Below, piece by piece: positions 19,769 to 31,252 of a stretch of 64,000 nucleotides of DNA. The stretch is from an uncultured delta proteobacterium (GTDB lineage: Bacteria > Desulfobacterota > BSN033 > UBA1163). The translations under genes and the position numbers were made by a program. The stretch is taken from contig CAWHBU010000004.1 in assembly GCA_963827685.1 (NCBI GenBank), positions 160,001 through 224,000 of the forward strand. The letters run 5' to 3'. Positions within the stretch are counted from its first letter, which is position 1, and every line of letters starts with the position of its first letter. The notes beneath the pieces were generated by a model that worked only from the letters and a program-made list of their open reading frames with translations, made no database searches and had not been told where the DNA came from.

Positions 19769-21068
19769 AATCAGCAAGATATGATGTGGTAATTATAGGC
19801 TCAGGCATGGGAGGTTTAAGCGCTGCTGCTCTACTTTCCCATTTAGGGTACAGAATTATTGTGGCTGAAAAACAACCAATTATCGGTGGAAGAAATTCTA
19901 CTATAGATCATAAAGGTTTTAAGATTTCTACGGGGGCAATGGGTCAAGAGCTAGTACTCGGGGATATTGTCTTTAAGGAGGTTGGAGCTCCTTTCAATGT
20001 TAAAGTACCGCGACCAAATAGCGTTTACTATATCAATGGGAAAGTACATGAGGTGCCTGAGAAAGGAAAACTCCGTGCGGCACTTACCATAGCAAGTGGC
20101 CCAGAGGAGGCAAACAAGATAATGAAGGTTCTTCGACGTGCCATTCAATGGCAGGAGCCATCCGATTCCATGTCGTTTCGTGAATGGATGCTCCAATATA
20201 CCCAGAACGAGAAGGCTTTAGGGGTATTCCGCGGAAGTTGGGATACCAATGTATGGTGCGCTGGTGAGCTCATCCGAGAACTTAGGACATTGGGACCAAT
20301 GCCTTACGGTTACGCGGTTGGTGGTAATATAGCCATAATGGAATCGCTGGCTAATGTAGTGCAAGCGAACGGTGGCGAAGTCTGGACACGTTGCCGAGCG
20401 AAGCAGATCTTAGTAGAAGACGGGGTAGTCAAGGGAGTGATAATAGAGCGAAGAGAAAACAAAGACGAGGTGCAGATAGCTTGTGGTGCAGTGATCAGCA
20501 ATGCTGGACCCAAAAAAACGGTAGAACTAGCCGGTAGCGAGAACTTCGATAAGGGATACATCAGAGAAGTGCGAGAAACCCTTAAACCTTTTCATTGGCT
20601 CGCATTTCAGATTTCTTCCAACAGGCCTTTGGTTGAACACGAAGGGATCGGGTTTGTAACTGACGCACGCAGGGTAAATTGGATTGTCTGTCCTACTATT
20701 CTGTGTCCGGAGTTAGCTCCCTTAGGAAAACACTTGCTATATGTAGGTTCATGGCTACCACCGAGCCCCCCTACGATCTGAAGAAAGAGCTCGAGTTGAG
20801 TCTGCTTGATTTAAGAGAACTTGTAAAAGGTTATGAAAAATACGGTGGGGAAATCTTACACGTGGGTTATTGGTTAAAAGGGTGGCCAATGGCTCACACT
20901 TGTGCCGGTCATTACTTTTATCAGAAGACATCAGTTGAGAACCTATATAATGTGGGTGACGGTGCAGTTCCGCCTGGACACATAGCAGGCCTCGAGGGTT
21001 GTGCTATGAGTGCCAGAGTGGTCGTTGAGGATTTGAAAAAACGGATGAAACCAAGTGAAAATTTTTAA
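19765..21068 (+). CDS. phytoene-dehydrogenase-like FAD oxidoreductase, frameshifted near 20766-20771
   Basis: IIGSGMGGL...GGR; the C-terminal [15 protein letters not shown] continues in another frame after a C6 run. Confidence 0.8.
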
Positions 21069-21168
21069 TGTATCACAACAAACAGGAGAGGTATATGAAC
21101 AAAAACAACGGCCATTTACCTTGGCTGCACTTGTTCCCCTGAAGTGAAACCTTGAAGGGAGGAATACG

Positions 21169-21669
21169 ATGGACAAGATAGAAATCCCAACGTTGGATTG
21201 GTATGAAAGGTACAAGAGAATCTTAGATGTCCTAAATTCAATGGGAGAAGGTCTTATGAAATACCTCACTGAAAGTTTTGGTAAAGATGAGGGTATGAAG
21301 ATATATGCTGAACAGATTGAGCCACAACAGCCCATTGTAGCGGGTAGAAAGTTGGTCGAAAAACTAGGCTTAAAACCGGATATTGAAGGAGCACTTAAGC
21401 TGGTTGGTGTTTATACCCGAGAGGTTTGGGGGTTTGGGGATGATAGGTTCACGGAGATAAGGCGTGAAACACCAAACAAAGGTACCTTGACCATTCGACG
21501 CTGCAAAGGTTGGGAAACGATTTTTAAGCCAAACGGATGGGATTGTGCGCCAGGTTGCCTTAATGAATATCAAGAGCTTGTTAAAATATTGTCACCAGAA
21601 TTTAAGGCCGAATTGTCAAAGTGTCTTGCCAGAGGCGATGGTTTCTGTGAAGTTACAGTAGAGACTTAA
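21169..21669 (+). CDS. V4R / L-2-amino-thiazoline-4-carboxylic acid hydrolase-like protein
   Basis: C..W...DC..GC...CLARGDGFCE pattern. Confidence 0.7.
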   Translation: MDKIEIPTLDWYERYKRILDVLNSMGEGLMKYLTESFGKDEGMKIYAEQIEPQQPIVAGRKLVEKLGLKPDIEGALKLVGVYTREVWGFGDDRFTEIRRETPNKGTLTIRRCKGWETIFKPNGWDCAPGCLNEYQELVKILSPEFKAELSKCLARGDGFCEVTVET

Positions 21670-21805
21670 ACAGTCTTAAGAACTCTTCTCGCAAACCTGT
21701 TGAGAAATTAATGCCGTTGAGTTTCGCACACACGGCTGTTATTCATGAGAGATTCCAGTTTTTTAGAACGCATACTTGATTCTGACGAAATGAATGTAAT
21801 CCCCA

Positions 21806-21915
21806 TAAATACCTCTAAAAATGTCATTCCTGCGAAAGCAGGAATCCATAAGCTCCTGACATAACTGGATTCCCGCTTCAGCGGAGTGACGAATTGGAAA
21901 TTATTAGAGGTTCCC
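21806..21915. repeat. MITE with IS5-type ends enclosing a REP-like palindrome
   Basis: ACCTCTAAAAAT ... GTCATTCCTGCGAAAGCAGGAATCCA...CTGGATTCCCGCTTCAGCGGAGTGAC ... ATTATTAGAGGTTCCC. Confidence 0.65.
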
Positions 21916-21917
21916 TT

Positions 21918-23375
21918 ATGAGAGAAAGAAGTCAACCAAACAAGTACATGGAGCTTAGAAAACTTCTCCATCCAGAGTCCGTTGCTCTCATCGGGGTTCC
22001 AAGAGGTTCGAAACAGGGTAGTATCTTCTTAAGAGCCATGCTGGATTGTGATTTTCCAGGAAAATTGTTTCTTATCAATCCTTGGGCTGAGAAAATAAAT
22101 GGCTTAAAAGCCTACCCTAGCGTGAAAGCTGTAGAAGACTCGATCTATATGGCTATTTTGCTAGTTCCAAACACCGAGACACCTCAAGTATTGGAAGAAT
22201 GTGCAGAAAAAGGAGTAAAAATTGCTGTCCTTTATTCTGCAGGATATTCCGAACTGGGTACGAAAGAAGGCCAAGCACTGGAGAAGCATATTCTAGACAT
22301 TGCTCGATCTAGAGGTATTAGGCTCATTGGACCCAATTGTATGGGAATCTACTCACCGAAGGCACATCTGTCTAATTTTCCAGGGTTATCAAAAAATCAA
22401 GGGAAAATGGGCTTAATCTCCCAGAGTGGATCATTAACCAATGCACTGCGCAAATTAATGCCAAGGAGAGAAATGTTCTTTAGTATGGCCATTAGCACTG
22501 GCAATGAGGTTGATTTGAAAAGCACAGATTTTCTGGGATATTTCGGTCATGATAATCACACCAAGTTGATTGCCCTATATCTCGAAGGTATTAAAGATGG
22601 TCGAGGATTTTACAATGTCCTAAAAGAGACGACCCTTAGAAAACCTGTCATTATTTGGAAGACTGGGGCCACCGAAATGGGCGAGCGGGCAATCTCCTCA
22701 CATACAGGGAGCATGACAGGTTCTATTGAAATGTGGAAATCTGTTTTTCGACAGTGCGGAGTTACAACGGTGGTTGGAATTGAAGAATTTATCGACGCGG
22801 TCACAGCCTTCTACGTCTTTCCGGAGGGCCTCAGTAGTAGGATAGGGATTGTCTCTGGGCCTGGAGGCCTAGCGGTATCGGCTGCCGAGGCTTGCCATAG
22901 GGTTGGGCTTCAACTGGCCAATTTGAAGCAGGAAACGCAAATGGCTCTAAAATTACTTATTCCCGTCACCGGTACGAGTGTCAAGAACCCTGTGGATTTA
23001 GGCCTTTCAGCCTCGCTGGATATCAACCTCTTTGGAAAGGTAGCAGAGACCGTCGGAAGGGACTCAGAAGTTGATGCGATAATGATCATCGTGGCAATCA
23101 CTCCAGAACAAAATAGGGCTTTTCCAGAGGTCCTGTCAAAGCCCCATAATGTTGTTAGAAAGCCTTTCGTAATGGTTTCTTTACCCGGTTTTGGCGTGGA
23201 ACGGATTGGACGGTTGTTCCAACAAGGGATCCCCGTTTTTGATTCGGTTGAACGGGCAGCCAATGCTTATGCAAAGGTGTTACGGTATCAAAATTGGCTT
23301 AAGAGTCGAAAAGAAACTGGGGAGCAAATGGTTGTAAAGGAGGAAATCTCCGATGAAGAATCATGGCGACATTAA
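21918..23375 (+). CDS. acyl-CoA synthetase (NDP-forming) alpha subunit, CoA-binding
   Basis: PESVALIG, GPNCMG, SQSG, SHTGS phospho-His; no ATP-grasp domain. Confidence 0.88.
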   Translation: MRERSQPNKYMELRKLLHPESVALIGVPRGSKQGSIFLRAMLDCDFPGKLFLINPWAEKINGLKAYPSVKAVEDSIYMAILLVPNTETPQVLEECAEKGVKIAVLYSAGYSELGTKEGQALEKHILDIARSRGIRLIGPNCMGIYSPKAHLSNFPGLSKNQGKMGLISQSGSLTNALRKLMPRREMFFSMAISTGNEVDLKSTDFLGYFGHDNHTKLIALYLEGIKDGRGFYNVLKETTLRKPVIIWKTGATEMGERAISSHTGSMTGSIEMWKSVFRQCGVTTVVGIEEFIDAVTAFYVFPEGLSSRIGIVSGPGGLAVSAAEACHRVGLQLANLKQETQMALKLLIPVTGTSVKNPVDLGLSASLDINLFGKVAETVGRDSEVDAIMIIVAITPEQNRAFPEVLSKPHNVVRKPFVMVSLPGFGVERIGRLFQQGIPVFDSVERAANAYAKVLRYQNWLKSRKETGEQMVVKEEISDEESWRH

Positions 23376-24180
23376 GTTAAAAATCGTAGACCTTTCTTTA
23401 GCTTTTGGCAAAGTGTCAGCCCTTAATAAAGTTACCATGGAGATTCGGGAAGGGGAGATCACGGCTATTATTGGCCCAAATGGAGCGGGCAAAACTAGCT
23501 TGCTAAACTGTATTAATGGATTCTATCACCCTCAAGAAGGCAAGATCTACTTTGAGGGGAGGAAAATCACCCATCTGTCACCCCATATTATTGCCAGGCT
23601 TGGCATTGCCAGGACATTCCAAAATATTTTGCTCTACAGAGGGCTCAGTACTCTTGACAACTTGATGGCAGCACGACAAGGATTCATTCACTCCAACCTC
23701 TTCTCTTGTGCAATCTATTTTGGTTGGGCACAGAAACAGGAGATTGCTCATCGCGAGGTAGTAGAGGATATCATCGATTTTTTGGAGATCAAGCCTATTA
23801 GGAAAAAAGTAGTCGCTGTACTACCTTATGGGTTGAGAAAACGTGTCGAATTAGGCAGAGCTCTGGCTCTTGAGCCAAAATTGCTTCTCCTGGATGAACC
23901 AATGGCTGGGATGAATGTGGAAGAGAAAGAAGACATGGCACGATTCATTCTCGATCTGTTCGAGGGCCAAGGTTCGATCTACCGCACCTCTTCATCTCTG
24001 AGGAATGGGGTAAAAACCATTATCCTTATCGAACACGATATGGGTGTAGTAATGGACATAGCAGATCGGGTGGTAGTTCTTGATTTTGGACAGAAAATTG
24101 CAGAGGGCACTCCAGACGAAGTCAAACGAGATTCTGCTGTCATTAAGGCTTATCTGGGTGAGGAGGCGAAGAAATATTGA
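23353..24180 (+). CDS. Liv-type ABC ATP-binding protein (LivG-like)
   Basis: GPNGAGKT, LLDEP, IEHDM, VIKAYLG. Confidence 0.92.
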   Translation: MKNHGDIKLKIVDLSLAFGKVSALNKVTMEIREGEITAIIGPNGAGKTSLLNCINGFYHPQEGKIYFEGRKITHLSPHIIARLGIARTFQNILLYRGLSTLDNLMAARQGFIHSNLFSCAIYFGWAQKQEIAHREVVEDIIDFLEIKPIRKKVVAVLPYGLRKRVELGRALALEPKLLLLDEPMAGMNVEEKEDMARFILDLFEGQGSIYRTSSSLRNGVKTIILIEHDMGVVMDIADRVVVLDFGQKIAEGTPDEVKRDSAVIKAYLGEEAKKY

Positions 24181-24981
24181 GGCAACCTCCAATAATTCGA
24201 ATTTCGAGGTTTAGAATTTCGTCAAATTGAATTTACCGAGAATATTAAACAGGAAAACATACTTTTCGATATGATTCTTATAACCATAGTAGTTCTGACC
24301 ATTCTTCCTTGTCCAGCGGACATCCGCATCCTTCTGTCGCTTCTTCTGTTCACTCCAGTCTTCTGGGACGTCTGCTTGTTTGGTTCGCTTATTCTCTTCG
24401 GGACTATTCCTCTGCTTCGTTACGGGAACAATGCTGGCATCTACAATCTGTCCTTTACGGGGCGAGTAGCCTTGTTCGCAAAGATACGCTTCAAATTGGT
24501 CAAAGGCTTTGTCAATCACCCCGGCCTCGGTCAAGTGCTCCCGAAACAACCAATTGGTCTTGGGGTCCGGAACGTTATCTCCCAAAGAACGATCCAAGAA
24601 TCATATAAACGAGAAACGATCCCGAATGTGAAACTCGGCCTGCTCGTCCGAAAGATTCTACAGCGATTGGAGAATCAGAACCTCGAACATCAATACGACC
24701 TTAAAAGGTTTCCGACCCGCACTGGATTTGAGTTCTTTGTTTCGCACAACTTCCAGGATAGGAAGAATCAGTTTTTAGTCCACTTTTGTCTGAATGCTGG
24801 GGAGCGAATCGTCCCCATTATCCAGCTGCTTGAAACGAATTTGCCAATGCAACAAACCGGTCTACATCATCATGGGTCAGATGCTTCTTTGAGAGAATGT
24901 TTTATCGTGAATTAACTGCAAACCGTTACATAACATATGTATAAATATCTGGACGAAAAAAGTTAATTTTTAGAGGGATCC
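24181..24981 (-). mobile_element. internally deleted, degenerate IS5-family element
   Basis: Ends GGCAACCTCCAATAATT / GGATCCCTCTAAAAATT flanked by TTGA / TTAA; transposase fragments IVDASIV..KQRN and DADVRWTRKNGQNYYGYKNHI. Confidence 0.8.
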
Positions 24982-24985
24982 TTAA

Positions 24986-26878
24986 ATGAGTAATGACACA
25001 ATCCCGAAAATTCTTGCCGAGAATTGCCAGAAATGGGGTGATAAATGTGCCATGCGGAATAAGGATCGTGGTGTCTGGCAAGAATACACATGGAAAGATG
25101 TATATGAGAAAGTGAAGAATATATCTCTCGGCCTTATGGCGCTCGGACTAACGAGAAGGGAGAAAGTGGTTATCATTGGAGATAACGTGGCAGAGTGGTT
25201 CTGGGCTATGTTTGCCACTCAAGCAGCGGGAGGAATCAGCGTAGGGATATTCGTTGATGCAGTTCCTCAGGAGGTTAAATATATTACCAATCATTCGGAC
25301 GCCAAATTCGCTATCGTTGCGGATCAAGAGCAAACTGACAAATTTCTTCAGATCAAGTCAGAGGTTTCTCAATTGAAGAGGATCATTTATTGGGATGCCA
25401 AAGGACTCGCTCACTATGATGATTCATTGTTGATGGACTTTGAACAACTTATGCGAGTAGGTCAGGAGTATGGGAGAAAACATCTGGGGATTTATGAAGA
25501 CAGCGTTACAGAAGGCAAAGGGGAGGATATTTGTGCTTGCTATTATACCTCTGGGACGAGCGGATTGCCCAAAGGTGCGATGGTTACCTCCAATGCGATC
25601 ATCGCCTCTGTCAACGCTTTCATTGTGAAGGCGGAAATAGGTCAGAAGGATGAATTTGTCTCCTGTTTCCCTGCAGCGTGGATAGGAGATACCCTTTTTT
25701 CGACGATACCACACCTGGTTTCCGGTGCAAAACTGAATTTTCCAGAGGAGCCCGAGACCCTCCAAGAGGACTTAAGGGAGATTGGTCCTCATGTTGTAGC
25801 CTATAGTCCCAAACAATGGGAGAGTCTGTCAGCCCTTACCGAGTTTAAGATATTGGATGGTGGAGCCTTGCAGAGGTTTTTCTATAATCTCTTTCTCCCA
25901 ATTGGATTTAAAAGGGCCGCTTTTAAGTCAACCGGAGCGAAACCAAACATGATATGGCGATTAATTTTTCTTTTGGGTGACCTACTTGTGTTCGATCGCA
26001 TCTTAGACAAATTGGGACTTCTATATGTTAGGATACCCATTACTGGAAGTGCTGCAATGAGTAAGGAGACCTTTAGATTTTGGCGAGCCCTGGGGTTAGA
26101 ACTCAGACAAGTTTACGCGAGCACAGAGACAGGGTTTGTCAGTGGACACGATAAGGGTGATGTCAAAGATGAAACCATTGGAAAGATAGCCTCAGGAGTA
26201 AGGGTAAAAATCAGCGATCAAGGAGAGATCCTAGTGAGCGGACCTGGCTTATTTTGTGCTTACTACAAGGATTCTGAAAAGACAAAAGAGGTTCTCAAGG
26301 ACGGATGGTTTCATACGGGAGACGCAGGGTATATCCGGGAGGATGGACACCTAGTTTTCCTCGATAGGCTCGCGGACCTTAGAGAACTGAGGAGTGGGCA
26401 AAAATATGCTCCTCAGTATATCGAAGGTCTTCTTAGAGCAAGTCCTTACGTTAAAGATGCTTTGGCCATTGGAAATAAGGAAAATGCATATATCTCCATC
26501 ATCATCAATATTAACTTTGATAACGTGGGGAAGTGGGCTGAAGCCCACCATATCTCTTATACTACTTTTGCTGATCTATCACAGAAAAAGGAAATCGCAG
26601 GTCTCATCAAGAAGGATATAGACAGGGTTAATAAGATACTCGTGGATCCAATAAAGATTAAAAAGTACGTCCTTCTACACAAGGAATTTGACGCAGATGA
26701 AGCTGAATTAACCAGAACAAGGAAGTTGAGAAGAGAATTTATGGAGAAAAGGTATTCAGATCTAATTGAGGCTATATATACTGAAAAGGAAGAAGTTCCT
26801 GTCGAAGCTGATGTGAAGTACCAGGATGGTAGAACCAGTAAGATAAAAACTGCAATTAAAATTGTGAAATCCGGGTGA
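24986..26878 (+). CDS. long-chain fatty acid-CoA ligase embedded in the ABC operon
   Basis: YTSGTSGLPKG, YASTE, HTGDAG, ELTRTRKLRR. Confidence 0.92.
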   Translation: MSNDTIPKILAENCQKWGDKCAMRNKDRGVWQEYTWKDVYEKVKNISLGLMALGLTRREKVVIIGDNVAEWFWAMFATQAAGGISVGIFVDAVPQEVKYITNHSDAKFAIVADQEQTDKFLQIKSEVSQLKRIIYWDAKGLAHYDDSLLMDFEQLMRVGQEYGRKHLGIYEDSVTEGKGEDICACYYTSGTSGLPKGAMVTSNAIIASVNAFIVKAEIGQKDEFVSCFPAAWIGDTLFSTIPHLVSGAKLNFPEEPETLQEDLREIGPHVVAYSPKQWESLSALTEFKILDGGALQRFFYNLFLPIGFKRAAFKSTGAKPNMIWRLIFLLGDLLVFDRILDKLGLLYVRIPITGSAAMSKETFRFWRALGLELRQVYASTETGFVSGHDKGDVKDETIGKIASGVRVKISDQGEILVSGPGLFCAYYKDSEKTKEVLKDGWFHTGDAGYIREDGHLVFLDRLADLRELRSGQKYAPQYIEGLLRASPYVKDALAIGNKENAYISIIININFDNVGKWAEAHHISYTTFADLSQKKEIAGLIKKDIDRVNKILVDPIKIKKYVLLHKEFDADEAELTRTRKLRREFMEKRYSDLIEAIYTEKEEVPVEADVKYQDGRTSKIKTAIKIVKSG

Positions 26879-26881
26879 AGC

Positions 26882-27757
26882 ATGATTACATTCATAGAAC
26901 TCTTTTTGAACGGCGTGATGAGCGGTACAGTTTATGGTTTGGTGGCCATTGGGTTTACCTTGATTTACAAATCATCGGGTGTTCTGAACCTGGCCCAAGG
27001 CGAGATGGTGATGATAGGAGCCTACCTGTGTTGGGCTTTCATGAATCAGTTGCATCTCCCGTTTTGGATAAGCATTCTCACTTTAATGATTCTTACAGGT
27101 GCTTTAGGGTTCGGATTTGAGCGATTTCCATTGCGTCCACTGACTGGACAACCAATTCTTTCGCTCATCATGGTCACCCTAGCCATTTCGATGTTTTTGA
27201 AGGCTATTGTAGTTGCCCTGTGGGGGTCACTTCCTGCTTTGGCGATGCCCGAGTTCATTCCGAGGCGGCCCCTCGTAGTCATGAATATTAAACTTTCCCA
27301 AGAACTTTTGTGGATGTCTGTAATCAGTCTGGCATTGACCAGCATGTTCTCCCTTTTTTTCCACCATACAAAAACGGGACTGAATATGAAGGCTGTCTCA
27401 GATGGGCCCGAGATTGTGCAGAGTTTAGGGATAAATGTGTTTTTTATCATTGCGGTGGTCTGGGGTATTTCGAGTATTGTTTCCGCAGTGGGCGGCGTCT
27501 TGTTGGGGTCGATGAAATCTGTCGGCTTTGGGTTGTCTATAATAGGACTGAAGGCCCTCCCAGCGGCACTCATCGGTGGATTAGATTCTATTCCGGGTGC
27601 CCTCATTGGCGGTGTTATTGTTGGTGTGGCTGAAATCATGGTAGGTCACTACATAGGTTTTGGCCTGAAGGATGTGGCTCCTTTCTTATTGCTATTGGTC
27701 ATGATACTGATCAAGCCCTATGGACTTTTTGGTCTAAAAAGAATTGAGAGGATATAG
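26882..27757 (+). CDS. Liv-type ABC permease (LivH-like)
   Basis: YGLVAIGFTLIY...LNLAQGE; KPYGLFG. Confidence 0.92.
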   Translation: MITFIELFLNGVMSGTVYGLVAIGFTLIYKSSGVLNLAQGEMVMIGAYLCWAFMNQLHLPFWISILTLMILTGALGFGFERFPLRPLTGQPILSLIMVTLAISMFLKAIVVALWGSLPALAMPEFIPRRPLVVMNIKLSQELLWMSVISLALTSMFSLFFHHTKTGLNMKAVSDGPEIVQSLGINVFFIIAVVWGISSIVSAVGGVLLGSMKSVGFGLSIIGLKALPAALIGGLDSIPGALIGGVIVGVAEIMVGHYIGFGLKDVAPFLLLLVMILIKPYGLFGLKRIERI

Positions 27758-27760
27758 AAA

Positions 27761-28825
27761 ATGGGCATCGATCTGCCTTGTGGTACATTCAATCGAACTT
27801 ATAAGGAAGATATGGCGATCGTTCGGACGAGAGCCCGTTGGGCCTTGCTAATCGGGTTTCTTCTTTTCTTATCTATTATCCCACCGTTTTTTCTAGGCCG
27901 GCAAATCATTGCCATGATCAATACTACAGCCTTCATTGTTATAGCCGTCCATGGACTCAATATCGTGACAGGATACTGTGGACAGGTCCACCTAGGGCAG
28001 GCGGCATTCTTGGCAGTGGGGGGCTACACCTCTGCAATCTTGGCTACGAAGCTTCACCTCCCTTTCTATCTCTGCTTGCCCATAGCAGGCCTTGCATCTG
28101 CCTTTATTGGAATAATTTTCGCGTTGCCCGCAGTTCGAGTAAAGGGGTTGTACCTCGCCCTGACATCGCTGGCGGCGCAGTTTATCATTATATACATCAT
28201 CCAGACCCCAGCGGCCTCCTTGACGAATGGCGTGTATTCGCTCCGAGTGCCTCCGGCCGAAATTGGTCCTATAGTCTTCGATACAGAAAGGAAAATTTAT
28301 TTCTTGATAATGATTGTAGCTATCCTTATGACTTTTTTGGCCAAGAACTTGGCTCGTACCAAGATTGGAAGAAACTTCGTTGCCATCAGGGACAACGATC
28401 TGGCTGCTGAGGTAATGGGAATTAATATCTTTCAGTATAAAGTCCTCGCATTTGCCATTTGTTCCTTTTATGCAGGTATTTCCGGTTCTTTATATGCTTA
28501 CTCGGCCGGAGTAATTACAACGGATTACTTTTCCTTAATGGATTCAATATGGTATGTAGGCATGCTAGTCACAGGCGGAATGGGTAGTGTATTGGGTCCG
28601 ATTTTTGGCACAATCTTCATAAGGTTCATCACTGAAGGAACAACAGCCCTTGCTCCAACCTTGACGCAAGCCTTCCCAGCAATGGGAGAAGGCGCCTTTT
28701 CCTCGCTGAGTGAGTTAATCTTTGCCCTGGCTATCGCTTTCTTTCTTATCTTCGAGCCTAGGGGATTAGCCCATGGATGGGAAATTTTTAAGAATTCCTA
28801 TCGTCTCTGGCCGTTTTCTTATTGA
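27761..28825 (+). CDS. Liv-type ABC permease (LivM-like)
   Basis: GLNIVTGYCGQ; AIRDNDLAAEVMGI; EPRGL. Confidence 0.92.
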   Translation: MGIDLPCGTFNRTYKEDMAIVRTRARWALLIGFLLFLSIIPPFFLGRQIIAMINTTAFIVIAVHGLNIVTGYCGQVHLGQAAFLAVGGYTSAILATKLHLPFYLCLPIAGLASAFIGIIFALPAVRVKGLYLALTSLAAQFIIIYIIQTPAASLTNGVYSLRVPPAEIGPIVFDTERKIYFLIMIVAILMTFLAKNLARTKIGRNFVAIRDNDLAAEVMGINIFQYKVLAFAICSFYAGISGSLYAYSAGVITTDYFSLMDSIWYVGMLVTGGMGSVLGPIFGTIFIRFITEGTTALAPTLTQAFPAMGEGAFSSLSELIFALAIAFFLIFEPRGLAHGWEIFKNSYRLWPFSY

Positions 28826-28917
28826 AAGGAGGTGGTTAGGAAAAGGATTAAGAGGGAATCCAGATCTAATTGTGGAATTAAAGATTGAGTAAAAATACTA
28901 TTCAAGGAGGAAAAGAG

Positions 28918-30165
28918 ATGAAAACTTCTAGAATGACAATTTCATTTTCGATAATCTTGTTTGCATTTTCGCTCATCGTTGAACCTGTGTGGGCACAGGT
29001 GAAACCTGCACCCTCGGGGGCTGTGATCAATATCCTTTCATGCCCTGATATTACTGGAAGGGCTCGTGACATGGTCTATCAAATCCATTGGGGAGTGCAG
29101 GCTTGGTTTGATTACCTAAATGAAGAGAAGGGCGGAATAGATGGTGTTCCTATTAACGTGTTTGTGGCGGATGGAAAATATGATGTTACTGTGATTAAGA
29201 GCATTTATAAGAGATATGTTAATCAAGTTCTTACGATGACTTTTGTAGGACAGTCGGTAGCTTATGATGCGCTTTTGTATGATTTCCAGAAAGATAAGAT
29301 GCCAGTCTTTGCCTTTTGTGGTGGGAGTGATGGTTTCGTCTACCCCCCGAGTTGGGTATATACGGCCCAGCCGGGCACAGCTGACAAGTGCGGACTTCTC
29401 TGCGAATGGATTATGAAAAACTGGAAGGAAAGTCGAAAACCTAAGCTAGCTCTTCTTTTGGGCAATTACCCGGCAGGCAGGTTTCCTGAAAAAGGCATTC
29501 CTTTTTATAAAAACCTTGGTGTTGACGTCGTGGCCGTAGAATATGTTCCCTTTCAACCCCAAAGTACAGTAGACCAACTGCTGAAGATCCGAGATACCAA
29601 GGCGGATTTCATTTTTGATACCCTCACCATTGACATGCTAAGGGTGGCTCTAGGGGACGCAGCGAGAATGGGGTGGAAATTGGGGAAAGATATCACGTGG
29701 GTTTCATTCTATACCAACGGTATCACCTTGAAGGAAGTCGTCCCGAAAGAGCAGTATGATGGATTTATTGGTTTTGAAGATGCACTCGACTGGTATACCC
29801 AGGAGAACTGGAGAGTGAGAAAGTTGACTGAGTATTACCGGAAGCGTTACAAAACTGACAAATATTTACCACAAGGAGGTCACGGAGGTGCGCTGAGTGC
29901 AATGATGGCGGAGGAGGCGTTGAGGCTGGCGATGAGGAAAGTTGGATATTCCAATCTCACGCCAGAAATACTTAGAGAAGAGGGATATTGCAAAATCAAA
30001 AACTACGAGACTGATGGTTATTCGCTACCGATAACGATTACCAAGGATGAACCTGCTAACCGTGGCGTGAGGATGGTGCGGTGTCACAAAGATAAGAACC
30101 CAAGTGTTATCATACCATTTACTAAAGCTCCTTGGGTATTTAAATGGGTCGACGAACATAAGTAG
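28918..30165 (+). CDS. Liv-type ABC substrate-binding protein
   Basis: GGAGG RBS, signal peptide, NEEKGGIDG...DGKYD. Confidence 0.88.
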   Translation: MKTSRMTISFSIILFAFSLIVEPVWAQVKPAPSGAVINILSCPDITGRARDMVYQIHWGVQAWFDYLNEEKGGIDGVPINVFVADGKYDVTVIKSIYKRYVNQVLTMTFVGQSVAYDALLYDFQKDKMPVFAFCGGSDGFVYPPSWVYTAQPGTADKCGLLCEWIMKNWKESRKPKLALLLGNYPAGRFPEKGIPFYKNLGVDVVAVEYVPFQPQSTVDQLLKIRDTKADFIFDTLTIDMLRVALGDAARMGWKLGKDITWVSFYTNGITLKEVVPKEQYDGFIGFEDALDWYTQENWRVRKLTEYYRKRYKTDKYLPQGGHGGALSAMMAEEALRLAMRKVGYSNLTPEILREEGYCKIKNYETDGYSLPITITKDEPANRGVRMVRCHKDKNPSVIIPFTKAPWVFKWVDEHK

Positions 30166-30193
30166 ATGAACAAAACAGCAACGGGTTAGAAAG

Positions 30194-30979
30194 ATGCTGA
30201 AATTAAACAATATTGAAGTCAATTACCTGAACGTCATCCTTGTCCTGAGAGGTGTTTCGCTTGAGGTTTCTAGAGGTTCGATTGTAGCCCTTCTTGGGGC
30301 CAATGGAGCTGGAAAAACAACCACACTGAAGGCCATTTCAGGACTCCTTCATATCGAAGAAGGGAGGGTGACAAGAGGCAATATTACTTTCAACGACCAT
30401 CAAATAGACAAATTGAGCCCCCAAGCAATTGCTAAGTTGGGTATCATTCAGGTGCTGGAAGGACGAAAGGTCTTGGAACATCTAACAGCTGAGGAGAATC
30501 TGCGTGTCGGGGGAAGCATCCACGGGGATGTAAAGAAGAGTCTACAAATGGTGTATGATTATTTCCCTACTCTTAAACATCTCAAGGATGCAACAAGTGG
30601 TTATCTATCCGGGGGCGAGCAACAAATGCTGGTGATGGGCAGGGCACTGATGGGACATCCAAAACTCATGCTTCTGGACGAACCTTCTTTAGGCCTTGCC
30701 CCTCTCGTGGTAAAAGAAATTTATAGGGCCATTCGAAGAATCAATCAGGAAGAAAAGACCTCAATTCTTATTGTGGAACAGAACGCATCGATTGCATTGA
30801 ATATCGCTCGCTATGGATACGTACTTGAAAATGGAAGGGTGGTACTCGATGGCCCTGCTGAGCACTTAATCAATAATGAAGATGTTAAAGAGTTCTACCT
30901 TGGTCTCACCGAAATAGGGAAGAAAAAGAGCTATCGTGAGGTAAAGCATTATAAAAGAAGGAAAAGATGGTTAGGGTAG
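30194..30979 (+). CDS. Liv-type ABC ATP-binding protein (LivF-like)
   Basis: GANGAGKTT, LSGGEQQML, DEPSLGLAP. Confidence 0.93.
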   Translation: MLKLNNIEVNYLNVILVLRGVSLEVSRGSIVALLGANGAGKTTTLKAISGLLHIEEGRVTRGNITFNDHQIDKLSPQAIAKLGIIQVLEGRKVLEHLTAEENLRVGGSIHGDVKKSLQMVYDYFPTLKHLKDATSGYLSGGEQQMLVMGRALMGHPKLMLLDEPSLGLAPLVVKEIYRAIRRINQEEKTSILIVEQNASIALNIARYGYVLENGRVVLDGPAEHLINNEDVKEFYLGLTEIGKKKSYREVKHYKRRKRWLG

Positions 30980-31252
30980 GGTGCGGGCGCAGCGGCAAAG
31001 GATAATCTTAAATTTAGGTCCAAACCCCTATGTTAGCGAGGGCGCCACGAAAGATGAAAATTCTTAAACCATAACGTCATCCATCATAACCTTCCTGCAG
31101 AAGGAAGAAGGTCGTTAACTTTGGTGGTCACACCCCGATGTCAAAACTGACTTGGGTAGATTGGAAGCACCACGAATTGTTGTCCACATGGGGAGCAGAG
31201 CATGTTAAATTTTTCAATCGTGATCCACCCTTTTCCAGAAAGGACATCTTAG